Shown here: one piece after another, positions 26,539 through 35,725 of the stretch
Layout of the letters: every line of letters begins with the position of its first letter
How positions within the stretch are numbered: position 1 is the stretch's first letter
Virus record (IMG/VR): IMGVR_UViG_3300049049_000237
Location: 112,003 to 176,002 of that record
Direction: 5' to 3' (one strand)
Length of the DNA stretch: 64,000 nucleotides
Origin: a virus
The notes under the pieces: model-generated
What the model was told of the DNA's origin: nothing
The model's input: only the letters and a program-made list of their open reading frames with translations
Database searches by the model: none
Program-made: the position numbers and the translations under genes

Positions 26539-28542
26539 ATGCCCCGGCTTCGCCTTCTCCCTCCGGTCGAGGAAGTGAAGACCTGGGCGGACTGCGCCCC
26601 CGTGCTGGAGTACCTACACCAGCGCGGGGGCACGGTCGCTATCGACACGGAGACGACTGGTCTCCGGATGATGGAGGACAAGGTCCTCTTCTGGTCAATG
26701 GCGACCGAGGACCGCCGATGGTGCTTCCCCGTCAACACGATCTACGCATTCGACTCGCTCTTCGCCCGCAAGGACATCAACTGGTGTATGGCGAACGCGA
26801 AGTTCGACATGCACATGCTCCGCAACGCGGGCATCAGCTTTGCTGGCGAGTGCCACGACATCATCGTCATGGACGCGATGATGGACGACACGCGGCCGCA
26901 CGGTCTCAAGGACCAGGGCTGGCTGGCGTACGAAGCGAAGTGGGGTGAGTTCAAGGAACTCTTCCTCGACCCCACCATCGTCGGGAACACGCTGAAGCTC
27001 GACAAGGCAGCGTTCCGCGACTTCAAGAAGCTGAGCGGCGGCGACAAGCTGCTCTACGTGTACAACCAGGCGCCGGAGATGCTCGTCGACTACGCGAGCT
27101 GCGACGCCTACTTCACGTACATGTTGTGGAACGACCTGACGGACCAGCTCGCCTCCGAGCTGCTTCCGGTAGAGGTAGCGCCGGGGTTCGACACCCTGCT
27201 CGACTACTTCCGGGTCCTCGAAGTGCCGATGACCAAGACGCTCTGGAACATGGAGCGCCGAGGCATCCTCATCGACCTCGACTACGTGAAGAAGATCGAC
27301 ACTCCGATGCGCGAGGGCATCGCAGCGGCAACGCGCGAGCTCCAGGAGATGGTCGGGCGGCCCTTCAACCCGAAGAGCACCGATCACCTCCGCGACATCC
27401 TGTACACGGACAAGGGCTTCGGCCTGAAGGCCATCAAGTACACCAAGGGTGGCAAGAAGGGCGCTACCGAGGGCACGGATGAAAAGACGCTGAAGCGTCT
27501 GATGGAACGCGCGGGCAACTCGATGGCCGCGAAGTTCATCTACAAGCTCTTGGAGCTCAAGAAGCTCGTCAAGCTCCACGGCACGTACGTCAAGGGCATC
27601 CACAAGCACCTGGGCCCCGACGGTCGGATCCACACGAGGTACAACCAGACCGGCGCCCGCACGTCGCGTCTGTCCTCGTCGGGCCCGAACATGCAGAACC
27701 TCCCGCGTCCGGATCCCGAAAGCGATCCGTACATGATCCGCGGAGCGTTCATCGCCAGCGACGGCATGGAACTGCTCGATGCCGACTACCCGCAGATCGA
27801 GTTCCGCGTCGCCGCTGTTCAGGCTGGCGAAGAGAAGATGATGGACGCTGTTCGTCGTGGATGGGACATCCACAACGCGAACACCGCCAACATGTTCAAC
27901 ATCGAGTACGACGATCTCGTCGAAGCTCAGACCAAGAAGAAAAAGAAGATCACCATGTCGGATACGGAGCTTCGTCTGCTCCAGCTCCGACAGGAATCGA
28001 AGACCGTCGGTCTCGGCACTCTCTACGGTGAGGGCCCGACGAAGATGGCGATGCAGCTCAACATCACGAAGGAGCGCGCGCTCGACTTGAAGGACACGTT
28101 CTTCAAGACGTACCCGGACATCTACGAGAACATCCTGTTCACGCATGGGTACGCGCGAGCGAAGGGCCACACCTTCACGATGCTGGGACGCATGCGGCGT
28201 CTACACCGCATCGGCAGCCCCCTGAGCAACGGCAAGATCATCGCTCAGGAGGAACGCCAGGCGTACAACACGCACATCCAAGGCAGCGCCGCTGAGCTGA
28301 TGAAGCTCGCGATGCTGCTCGTCGACAACAACGAGGACTTCAGGTCGCTCGGCGGCCGTCTGATTCTGACGGTGCACGACGAACTCGTGGCAGAGGCTCC
28401 GAAGGAGACCGCGAAGGAGTGCGCGGAGATCATGGCGGAGCTGATGAGCCACCCCATCCACTGGGGCCCGCTCGACATGGAGTACCCCGTTCCGATCGCA
28501 CCTGACGCAGCCACCGCCTTCCGGTGGAGCGACGCGAAGTAG
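26539..28542 (+). CDS. polA: Family A DNA polymerase with 3'-5' exonuclease
   Basis: Exo motifs DTET, NAKFD and YASCD; motif A DYPQIEFR, motif B RQESKTVGLGTLYG, motif C VHDE. Confidence 0.95.
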   Translation: MPRLRLLPPVEEVKTWADCAPVLEYLHQRGGTVAIDTETTGLRMMEDKVLFWSMATEDRRWCFPVNTIYAFDSLFARKDINWCMANAKFDMHMLRNAGISFAGECHDIIVMDAMMDDTRPHGLKDQGWLAYEAKWGEFKELFLDPTIVGNTLKLDKAAFRDFKKLSGGDKLLYVYNQAPEMLVDYASCDAYFTYMLWNDLTDQLASELLPVEVAPGFDTLLDYFRVLEVPMTKTLWNMERRGILIDLDYVKKIDTPMREGIAAATRELQEMVGRPFNPKSTDHLRDILYTDKGFGLKAIKYTKGGKKGATEGTDEKTLKRLMERAGNSMAAKFIYKLLELKKLVKLHGTYVKGIHKHLGPDGRIHTRYNQTGARTSRLSSSGPNMQNLPRPDPESDPYMIRGAFIASDGMELLDADYPQIEFRVAAVQAGEEKMMDAVRRGWDIHNANTANMFNIEYDDLVEAQTKKKKKITMSDTELRLLQLRQESKTVGLGTLYGEGPTKMAMQLNITKERALDLKDTFFKTYPDIYENILFTHGYARAKGHTFTMLGRMRRLHRIGSPLSNGKIIAQEERQAYNTHIQGSAAELMKLAMLLVDNNEDFRSLGGRLILTVHDELVAEAPKETAKECAEIMAELMSHPIHWGPLDMEYPVPIAPDAATAFRWSDAK

Positions 28543-28552
28543 AAGGAAAGAC

Positions 28553-29881
28553 ATGGCCACGAAGAAGGCAGCGAAGAAGGCGCCGGCGAAGAACACCAAG
28601 CCGGCCAGCAAGGCGACCCCCGCCAAGCGCCCCTCGACGAAGGGCGCTCCGAAGGTGGTCAAGTCGGTGGCGAAGCCGAAGAGCAACAACGCCATCGACA
28701 CCCTCATCGCCAAGATCAACACGGAACTCGGTGGCGAGGTCGTGCGTCGGGCGAACGAGGCCGTCACCTCGCATCTGCTTCGTCGCCCGACGGGCATCAC
28801 CAGCCTCGACATCAACATCGGTGGTGGCTTCCCGGCTGGAGCGCTCAGCCTGGTCACCGGTGAAGACGGCGTGGGCAAGGATTACGTCATCAACTGCGTC
28901 ATCCGCGAGCTCCAGCGCAACTACGGTGACGAGATGAAGGTCGCCATCTTCTCGACGGAGTTCCCGTACGCGAAGGACTACGCGCGCAACGTCTGCGGCG
29001 TGAAGGTCGCGGACACCGACGAGGAGATCGAGGAGAAGAACACGGGCCGTGCTGCGCGTGGTCTTCCGCCTCTCACCGAGGAAGAGGTCGCTCGGATGCA
29101 GGAGCAGATCGGGGAGATCCTGCTCATCCAGGGCGTGAACGCGGACCAGGGGCTGGACGTCGTCCTCGACATCCTCGCCACGGGTCACTTCCAGATGGTC
29201 GCCATCAACTCGCTCGGCGTCTTCGAGACCTCCGCCAAGGAGGCCAAGGAGAGCGTCGAAGAGCACGCTGCGCAGTCGAGCGAAGCTCAGCTACTCGCTC
29301 GATGGATCCCGAAGCTGTTCATGCTGCTCAACCGCGTGACGCCCGAAGGACACCGCAACGAGACGACGATCATCGCGACCAACCAGGTCCGTGCGAACCG
29401 TGATCAGCCGAAGACGAAGCCCGGCATGACCACGCCCACGTACCTGAAGATCCAGCCCGGCAGCGGGTCGTGGGCCCTGAAGCACGGCAAGGCCATCGAC
29501 CTCTGGATGTACAAGCACGACGTCAAGGACAACATGATCCACGACGACACCGTGAAGCCGCCGGAGCTTCTCGGGCGCAAGATCTTCTGGAAGCTGCTCA
29601 AGGGCAAGCTCGGCACGCACGACGGCAAGCACGGGTCGTACGACTACTACTTCGCCGATGGTGCGGACCTCGTGGGCGACATGCTCGCGACCGGCGTCGC
29701 TGTCGAAGCGATCGAGAAGAACGGCGCCTACTACCGCTTCACCGACAACGCCGGTGAGGTGCTTCTCTACGCGCAGGGCGTCGAGAAGGCCTGTGCGCTG
29801 CTGCGTGAGAACCGCGAGCTCCAGCTCGCCGTGCGCGAGGCGATCCTCGCGAAAGCCGGCCTCATCTGTAGGTACACCTGA
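28553..29881 (+). CDS. recA: RecA-like recombinase with basic N-terminal tail
   Basis: TGITSLDINIGGGFPAG, GEDGVGKD, TNQVR and G...ALKH motifs. Confidence 0.85.
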   Translation: MATKKAAKKAPAKNTKPASKATPAKRPSTKGAPKVVKSVAKPKSNNAIDTLIAKINTELGGEVVRRANEAVTSHLLRRPTGITSLDINIGGGFPAGALSLVTGEDGVGKDYVINCVIRELQRNYGDEMKVAIFSTEFPYAKDYARNVCGVKVADTDEEIEEKNTGRAARGLPPLTEEEVARMQEQIGEILLIQGVNADQGLDVVLDILATGHFQMVAINSLGVFETSAKEAKESVEEHAAQSSEAQLLARWIPKLFMLLNRVTPEGHRNETTIIATNQVRANRDQPKTKPGMTTPTYLKIQPGSGSWALKHGKAIDLWMYKHDVKDNMIHDDTVKPPELLGRKIFWKLLKGKLGTHDGKHGSYDYYFADGADLVGDMLATGVAVEAIEKNGAYYRFTDNAGEVLLYAQGVEKACALLRENRELQLAVREAILAKAGLICRYT

Positions 29882-30063
29882 TGGACCCCGATGCCTGCCT
29901 GAAGGAAGCGATCGAGGCGCTGCTCAACGACGACGCGGAGACGTTCAACGAGCGCCTCCAGAACTACGACGAGTGGCGCAGCAAGCAGGGCTTCGAGCCC
30001 AGACTTCAGATCAGCGGCGACGTGCTGCGAAAGGTCCTGGACAGCGCCGGACGCTCGTTCTGA
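29881..30063 (+). CDS. Small hypothetical protein (60 aa)
   Basis: TGATG-coupled; begins MDPDACL. Confidence 0.65.
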   Translation: MDPDACLKEAIEALLNDDAETFNERLQNYDEWRSKQGFEPRLQISGDVLRKVLDSAGRSF

Positions 30064-30069
30064 GGACGC

Positions 30070-30573
30070 ATGAAGAAGCCGTCGCAGAAGAAGATCAAGA
30101 GAGCGTCGGCCGCCGCAGAGCATGACTTCGCGGCTGCTCTGGGTGGCCGGCGCACCTGGAACTCCGGATCGGGCCCCGTGAAGGGGGACGGTCGGGTGAA
30201 GGGCAAGTACCGCATCGAGACGAAGTGCCCTCCCACGGGGCAGTATCGTCTCGCTCTCTCGGAGTGGGCGATCATCAAGCGCGCAGCAGACGAGGCGCTG
30301 GAGGTTCCCCTCTTCCACATCAAGTTGCTCGACATGGAGATCGTGGTACTTCGTGAGAAGGACTACGAGGCCATCGCGGGCAAGCCCTGCCTCGAAGCCG
30401 CATACGGTGGCGAAGCGAAGACGTTCCACTTCACGCGTGGTCTCTGGCTGCGCGTGATCAGTGGGTCGCAGCGCCTCCGCTTCTCGCTGTCAGACCCGCA
30501 CAATCGCATCCGACCGGCACATCTACTCGCTGTCCCCCGGTCCCACTTCATGACCATCGCGGAGAACCTGTGA
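30070..30573 (+). CDS. PD-(D/E)XK nuclease, Hjc-like Holliday junction resolvase
   Basis: E...G...SG...KGD...IETK signature. Confidence 0.7.
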   Translation: MKKPSQKKIKRASAAAEHDFAAALGGRRTWNSGSGPVKGDGRVKGKYRIETKCPPTGQYRLALSEWAIIKRAADEALEVPLFHIKLLDMEIVVLREKDYEAIAGKPCLEAAYGGEAKTFHFTRGLWLRVISGSQRLRFSLSDPHNRIRPAHLLAVPRSHFMTIAENL

Positions 30574-31415
30574 TCATCAACGCCGTCACGCGAGCTGACG
30601 CGCAGCTCATCAACGACGTCGCCGAGCAGGTGTTCGACCTCGAAGCCGCGTACGTCAACTGGGTGGAGACCGAGCCGCGAGACGATCGCCAGGGGCACTT
30701 CCACCCCTCGGCGGTCGGTGGCTGCGCCCGCCGCAACGTCTACGAGTACATCCGCGCGCCGCGGATGTTCATGGACAAGCCGGCCGACATGGAGATCTTC
30801 CGTATCGGCCACGCCGTCCACCACATCGTGCAGACGATCCTCGCGGACCTCGGCCGAGTGCTGACCCCGCGAGGGATCGAGTACTCGTTCTACCCCGAGA
30901 TCCCGTACGACCCCGCGACCGACCTGCTCTACAACGACCTCGGGATCGGTGGCACCTGCGACGGGCTGCTGGAGCTGCGGCACACGCGGCTCGGCTGGAC
31001 CCAGCGCGGGGTGGTTGAGATCAAGACCATCAAGAACGAGAAGTTCAACCAGCTCAAGGCTCCGAAGGAGGAGCACCAGATGCAGGCGAACCTGTACGCG
31101 TTCAGGTTCGACACGCCGATCATCTGGTACTGGTACTACAACAAGGACAACAGCCAGCGTCGCGTGTTCAAGACGCGGGCGAGCGACGAGTACCTCGACA
31201 AGGCGCTTGCTCGCTTCGTCGAGCAGAAGGCCCACGTGGACGCGGGCACGCTGCCCGACCGCGAGGAGTCGTTCTGGATGTGCCCGCGCTGCGAGTACGG
31301 ACACATCTGCCAGCCGTCCAAGCTGAAGCGGGTCCAGGAGCAGGAGAAGCTGATCCAGGTCCGCACGAACGGCTTCGGCGCCAGGAAGAAGGCGAAGGTA
31401 TCGAATGGGACTTGA
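30570..31415 (+). CDS. Cas4-like (RecB-family) exonuclease, not CRISPR-associated here
   Basis: PS...C.R, G...H, D...EIK, Q...Y and C..CEY...C motifs. Confidence 0.85.
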   Translation: MIINAVTRADAQLINDVAEQVFDLEAAYVNWVETEPRDDRQGHFHPSAVGGCARRNVYEYIRAPRMFMDKPADMEIFRIGHAVHHIVQTILADLGRVLTPRGIEYSFYPEIPYDPATDLLYNDLGIGGTCDGLLELRHTRLGWTQRGVVEIKTIKNEKFNQLKAPKEEHQMQANLYAFRFDTPIIWYWYYNKDNSQRRVFKTRASDEYLDKALARFVEQKAHVDAGTLPDREESFWMCPRCEYGHICQPSKLKRVQEQEKLIQVRTNGFGARKKAKVSNGT

Positions 31416-32019
31416 TCTCAGCCGCGCCGGCATCGTGCACGAGAAGGACCTCGAAAAGCGGCGCACGCGCACCGAGGAGCTGCTCCAGACCGTGAACAAC
31501 GAGCTCGCCGAACGCGGCATCCCCGAGGTGCCCAGGCCCAGTGGCCACCCCACGCCGTTGGCCGAGGTGGATATCACCACCCTGACCAACGACGAGCTCA
31601 CGATGCTCTACGCGCAGTACGCCGCGTACTCCTCGTACATCGGGGACCAGCTTGCGCAGATCGAGGCGGCCGAGGAGGACGCGAAGCGCAACCTCCGGGA
31701 GACGATCGCGGAGGTCAAGGACGCACTCTTCGCGAAGGGCAAGAAGGGCCCCGAGGTCACCGCCGCTGCGATGAAGGACCCGCTCGTCGAGGAGCTGAGC
31801 CTCATCCACCTCAAGTACTTCTTCATGAAGGCCATCATGAAGAGGCGCTACAAGAGCTACATCACACAGGGCGCTGCGCTGTCGCGCTCCATCGAGCTGC
31901 GCAAGCTCGACATGGAGCAGACGCGACGCACTGGGAACCTGGGCAGACGTCCGGCTCTCCCGACCCCCGGAGGGTTCGGGACGAAGAAGCCGTCGCCTAC
32001 GTCACCGGTGAAGAAATGA
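31405..32019 (+). CDS. Helical coiled-coil protein, possibly a UvsY-like recombination mediator
   Basis: All-helical character and position in the recombination cluster; function is inferred. Confidence 0.45.
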   Translation: MGLDLSRAGIVHEKDLEKRRTRTEELLQTVNNELAERGIPEVPRPSGHPTPLAEVDITTLTNDELTMLYAQYAAYSSYIGDQLAQIEAAEEDAKRNLRETIAEVKDALFAKGKKGPEVTAAAMKDPLVEELSLIHLKYFFMKAIMKRRYKSYITQGAALSRSIELRKLDMEQTRRTGNLGRRPALPTPGGFGTKKPSPTSPVKK

Positions 32020-32549
32020 AGCGCCCTGCTCCTACGAAGCCGCCGATCGTGCATCCGGATGAGTTCGACGCGGTACTTGAACTCATCCTCCGGAAGTACG
32101 ATAACGTGTTCGCCGTTGAGGGCTCGTTGGACGACCCGGCCCCGGTGTCGGTCAACGAGCTCTACACGACGTTCCGCGGCAAGGAGGTCTTGAACAAGAA
32201 GGGCAAGACCTTCCGAGACAAACTTGCTGTTGAGGTCTCTCGTGCCTCGGTGGAGTGGAAACGAGGGCTCAACCTCGTCTATCAGAGAGGTGGAGGAGCG
32301 ACCTTGCTGATCGCTCTCTACTTCGAGAAGCTACTGAACCAGTCCTGGAAGCCCCTCGGGGTGTCGGAGAAGGGGAACATGTCGAACCCCTTCCTGAAGA
32401 AGGACGCCACCAACTTCATCAAGATCATCGAGGACGCCGTAGCAAGGGGCTGCGGCCTGGACGACTGCAACAACATCAACGTCATGGTCCACAAGGCCGA
32501 AGATAAACAACGGCCCCGGACCGAGTTCCTCTACATCATCTACCACTGA
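32016..32549 (+). CDS. rusA: RusA-like Holliday junction resolvase
   Basis: PVSVN and D..N..K...D......DD pattern (KDATNFIKIIEDAV...LDD). Confidence 0.75.
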   Translation: MKRPAPTKPPIVHPDEFDAVLELILRKYDNVFAVEGSLDDPAPVSVNELYTTFRGKEVLNKKGKTFRDKLAVEVSRASVEWKRGLNLVYQRGGGATLLIALYFEKLLNQSWKPLGVSEKGNMSNPFLKKDATNFIKIIEDAVARGCGLDDCNNINVMVHKAEDKQRPRTEFLYIIYH

Positions 32550-32809
32550 TGTCCACGAGCAAGAGTACGGAGATCATCGATCTCGCGGCGGAGCAGGTGG
32601 AGCCGAAGTACGCGGCCTGCTACGCGAGTGGATCGACGTTCAAGCCTACGGGCAAGGGCGCCACGACGTTCGTCGTCGAACGTGGGAAGCGCCGTCTGGT
32701 GAGTCGTTCGTTGTGCGTCGTGCAGTACTACAAGACTCGCTGCCAGGTCTGCCCGTTCAGCCAAGGGGAGCTCAAGCTCTCCACGGGAGGCAGCGACGAT
32801 GACGCGTAG
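32549..32809 (+). CDS. Small Cys-containing hypothetical protein
   Basis: TGATG coupling; C...C...CQVC. Confidence 0.65.
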   Translation: MSTSKSTEIIDLAAEQVEPKYAACYASGSTFKPTGKGATTFVVERGKRRLVSRSLCVVQYYKTRCQVCPFSQGELKLSTGGSDDDA

Positions 32810-33158
32810 CGATGACTTCGACTTCTTGGACGAGCTCAACCTGAGCGAGCTCGTCGCGCTGGCGTGGGCAGAGAACCCCAATGCACACCGTGGCCTCGGA
32901 AGGGAGGCGCTGGTGTCCATCATCGTCGGCGAAGAAGTCGAACTGCCTGAGAGACGGATCGACATCTGGCGCAAGACGATCTTCACGTTCGTCGACGCCC
33001 ACTGGAGACAGGTGCAACCGCTGCTGTCCTGTCCCATGAAGTCTCGACAGCCCCACGCATGCTTTCAGTGCCCTGACGTTCAGGTCGCTGAATGCGTGCT
33101 GGTGAACCACCAGACCCTGATCGACAACATCCGACGCAAGAAGAGGGAAGCGAAATGA
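32799..33158 (+). CDS. Hypothetical protein with Cys cluster
   Basis: GGAGG SD; CP...CFQCP...EC. Confidence 0.7.
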   Translation: MTRSDDFDFLDELNLSELVALAWAENPNAHRGLGREALVSIIVGEEVELPERRIDIWRKTIFTFVDAHWRQVQPLLSCPMKSRQPHACFQCPDVQVAECVLVNHQTLIDNIRRKKREAK

Positions 33159-33742
33159 CCGAAAAGCAGTGGCCGAGCAGCCTTCAGACCCGCACCGCCG
33201 ACGAGTGGACCGCGCTCGGCGCCGACTGGTCGAACCCGGAGAGCCGGACGATCGTCATGGACACGATGAAGGCGCTCGGCGTACCGGCCGCCGAGTACGT
33301 GCGGAAGCAGCCCCCGCAGCGAGTGGAGCTCATCATCGAGCTCCAGGAGAAGATGAAGCCCGGCTCGACGAAGGGCGGCGGAGCCAAGGAGACGAAGGCG
33401 GCGTCGACCACGAAGGCGGCGGCGACCACCACGAAGAAGGCGGCGGCGACGACGAAGCCGGCGAACACGGGTTCGACGTCGGCGGGCGAGGCGGGTGGCA
33501 CCGCCGCGACCGTGGACCTCGGCCCGGTCCTCGAAGAGCTCGCATCGACGAAGAGCGAGCTCGCCGCGGTGCGTGAGCAGCTCGCGTCGATGGAGAAGCG
33601 CGACAAGCAGATCTTCGCCGCGCTCCGCATCCTCGTGCTCAGCAACCCCGAGGCGGCGGCGCTCGTCGACGACGCGGACACGGTGCGTGAGCTCGCGGAA
33701 GGCAACCTCTCGTCGGCGTTCGACGAGGGAAACGAGGGCTGA
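33155..33742 (+). CDS. Hypothetical protein with K/A/T-rich linker and coiled coil
   Basis: ATGA overlap; low-complexity segment TKAASTTKAAATTTKKAAATTK. Confidence 0.75.
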   Translation: MTEKQWPSSLQTRTADEWTALGADWSNPESRTIVMDTMKALGVPAAEYVRKQPPQRVELIIELQEKMKPGSTKGGGAKETKAASTTKAAATTTKKAAATTKPANTGSTSAGEAGGTAATVDLGPVLEELASTKSELAAVREQLASMEKRDKQIFAALRILVLSNPEAAALVDDADTVRELAEGNLSSAFDEGNEG

Positions 33743-33765
33743 GCACGTCGGAACCGCAGGTCGAT

Positions 33766-33960
33766 GTGGGGTCGGTCATCGAAGGACTGACCCCGCTCGG
33801 TCCCGACATGCTCATCGACACGGATCTCGCTTCCCTCCGTAAGATGTCGGTCACGGAGCTCATCCAGTTCGCTTTCCGAATCGGAGTGCCCGTACGGCAG
33901 CTTTCTCAAGAGCGAGGAGCGATCCTCACCGAGATCCTGCGGTACAGCTACGACGCGTAG
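33766..33960 (+). CDS. Small hypothetical protein (start uncertain)
   Basis: Last ORF before the terminator. Confidence 0.5.
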   Translation: MGSVIEGLTPLGPDMLIDTDLASLRKMSVTELIQFAFRIGVPVRQLSQERGAILTEILRYSYDA

Positions 33961-33967
33961 CGGGAAG

Positions 33968-34009
33968 ACGGGGATGGTACGCTGGTACCCTCCCCGTTTT
34001 CTTTTGCCC
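33968..34009 (+). terminator. Intrinsic terminator ending the replication operon
   Basis: ACGGGGA.GGTAC-GCTG-GTACC.TCCCCGT then TTTCTTTTGCCC. Confidence 0.8.
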
Positions 34010-34019
34010 CAGGAGAGAC

Positions 34020-34682
34020 ATGAACATCACGAACAAGCACCTCGCCGGGATGATGGACCTCTGTCACGCGGAGGTGGAAGACTTCCGGGTGAAGTTCAAG
34101 ACGCACTCGACCTTCATGAAGTTCCTGAACTTCTTCGTTCAGATCTTCAACAGCCGGTTCATGACGAGCTTCACGACGGTGATCGGGTCCACCGTCTACT
34201 TCTCATCGGAGGAGAAGCTGCTCGCGTTCCAAGACGCGTACGCCGAGGTCCTCGCGCACGAGCTCCGGCACATGATGGACCGCAAGAAGTACGGCACCGT
34301 GCTCTACACGCTCATGTACCTCTCGCCCCAGATCTTCGCGCTGCTCGCGGTGCTCGCGATCGGAGCGATCTGGAACTCGTGGTTCCTCCTGGCCCTGCTC
34401 TTTCTTTTGCTCCTCGCGCCGATCCCGGCGTACGGGCGAAAGCACATCGAGATGCGCGGCTACGAGATGTCCCTCGCGGTGATCTTCTGGCGCACCGGGC
34501 GCATCAACGAGGAGGACATCGAGCGCGTCGCATCGCACTTCGTGAGCGCGAACTACTACTTCATGTGGCCGTTCAAGACGCAGGTGATGCACGAGCTCAC
34601 GGTGCGGTCGCTGGAGATCCGCTCGGGGCGCGTGCTGCGCGACCCGCTCTTCCGCAAGGTGCACCAGGTGTTCTCTCGATGA
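34020..34682 (+). CDS. Membrane-associated zincin metallopeptidase-like protein
   Basis: AHELRH, two hydrophobic helices, then IEMRGY (third-ligand E); AGGAG SD. Confidence 0.75.
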   Translation: MNITNKHLAGMMDLCHAEVEDFRVKFKTHSTFMKFLNFFVQIFNSRFMTSFTTVIGSTVYFSSEEKLLAFQDAYAEVLAHELRHMMDRKKYGTVLYTLMYLSPQIFALLAVLAIGAIWNSWFLLALLFLLLLAPIPAYGRKHIEMRGYEMSLAVIFWRTGRINEEDIERVASHFVSANYYFMWPFKTQVMHELTVRSLEIRSGRVLRDPLFRKVHQVFSR

Positions 34683-34915
34683 ACACCCTCATCGCGTGTG
34701 GGACGTGTAACTGCCCCACAAACGAGTGCGAGAAACGGAAGCAGATCGAGCGGGCCGAGCGTGACCGCAAGCTGCGAGAGCTGGTCACGATCAGCACCAA
34801 CCCTCGCAGCGAGCCCACGCTCGATGACGTCGAGGTTCCCAGGAACCGGCACGAGCGGCGGGTGGCAGCCCGCCGCGCTCGGCTCAGGGAATCGCGCCTA
34901 CGAGCCCTGCGATAA
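34679..34915 (+). CDS. Small basic Cys-rich protein (78 aa)
   Basis: ATGA overlap; CGTCNC....C; PRNRHERR. Confidence 0.55.
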   Translation: MNTLIACGTCNCPTNECEKRKQIERAERDRKLRELVTISTNPRSEPTLDDVEVPRNRHERRVAARRARLRESRLRALR

Positions 34916-35384
34916 GGCCCGCCACCACGCCAGTCACGACCACGCCCATCGCGAACCCGAACGACCACGTCTCGTAGAAGGGCGGGCTCCTGTGCCGCGC
35001 GAGCTCGCCCTCGTACCGGGCAGCCTGCTCGCGAAGATCGGTACGGAGCCCATCCACCTCCCGCTGGTAGCTCTCCTCGACGATGCGGAGCTGCGTGTCG
35101 GTCGAGGCCTCGTGCTCCTCGTGACAGGTGCGGAGCTCGTCCGTGAGCAGCCGGATCTGCATCCGGTAGCGCACGATGCGGTTGCCCCACCGCGTGGCCG
35201 TAGCCGGGTCGAAGAGCTGACCGCTGAAGGGCGCCACGATGCCCCTGGTGGCGATGACGATGACGTCTTCCCCCGGAGGCACGTCGACGTCTCCCGGGGG
35301 CGGAGGCTCGACCGGAGGGGCCTCCTGTGCAGCCACGGGCGCTGCGAAGAGCAGGAGCGTCAGCAGGATGGCCCAGCGGATCAC
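34884..35384 (-). CDS. Secreted coiled-coil protein with C-terminal TM helix (spanin-like)
   Basis: Signal peptide ...PVAA/Q, Pro-rich linker, coiled coil, hydrophobic C-terminus; GTGA overlap. Confidence 0.55.
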   Translation of the reverse strand: MIRWAILLTLLLFAAPVAAQEAPPVEPPPPGDVDVPPGEDVIVIATRGIVAPFSGQLFDPATATRWGNRIVRYRMQIRLLTDELRTCHEEHEASTDTQLRIVEESYQREVDGLRTDLREQAARYEGELARHRSPPFYETWSFGFAMGVVVTGVVAGLIAGLVGAIP

Positions 35385-35725
35385 AGCGACCTCAGCCACA
35401 CGTTCAGGGCCTCGGGGTCGTCCTCCAGCCGAGCTGCATGCTCTCGCTGGTGCTCGCTGAGGGTCGCGAGCTTCTCCTGGTTCTCCCGGTGGATCTTGTC
35501 GAGGCGGGTGCGGAGGGCATCGCGCTCAGCGGTGAGCTCGCTCTCTCGGCGCGCTGCCTCCTCACGTTCGCGCTTCTCGGCCTCCTCGTCGGGATCGATC
35601 GTCACGACCTCGGTGGGCTTCGAGAAGCGTCCGGCGACGAACAGCAGGATGCCGATGGGGAACAGCAGCCACTGCCAGTTCGCCTTCAGCCACGCCCAGA
35701 CCTTCTTGAGGGTCTCCACGATCAC
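35381..35725 (-). CDS. i-spanin-like protein (N-terminal TM + coiled coil)
   Basis: WLLFPIGILLFVAG followed by an E/R-rich coiled coil; follows the holin. Confidence 0.55.
   Translation of the reverse strand: MIVETLKKVWAWLKANWQWLLFPIGILLFVAGRFSKPTEVVTIDPDEEAEKREREEAARRESELTAERDALRTRLDKIHRENQEKLATLSEHQREHAARLEDDPEALNVWLRSL

Noticed and set aside
30570-31415. Cas4 as a sign of a CRISPR-Cas locus
   Set aside because: I saw no repeat-spacer array or other cas genes; the context is recombination.
32278-32285. TCTATCAG near-match to CCTATCAG
   Set aside because: One mismatch, mid-gene and far from a start codon; cannot be told from chance.
33392-33460. ACGAAGGCGGCG-like tandem repeats
   Set aside because: They encode a K/A/T low-complexity linker and are not an array or iteron set.
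34403-34411. TCTTTTGCT resembling the terminator tail
   Set aside because: Inside a Leu/Phe TM-coding stretch with no upstream hairpin.
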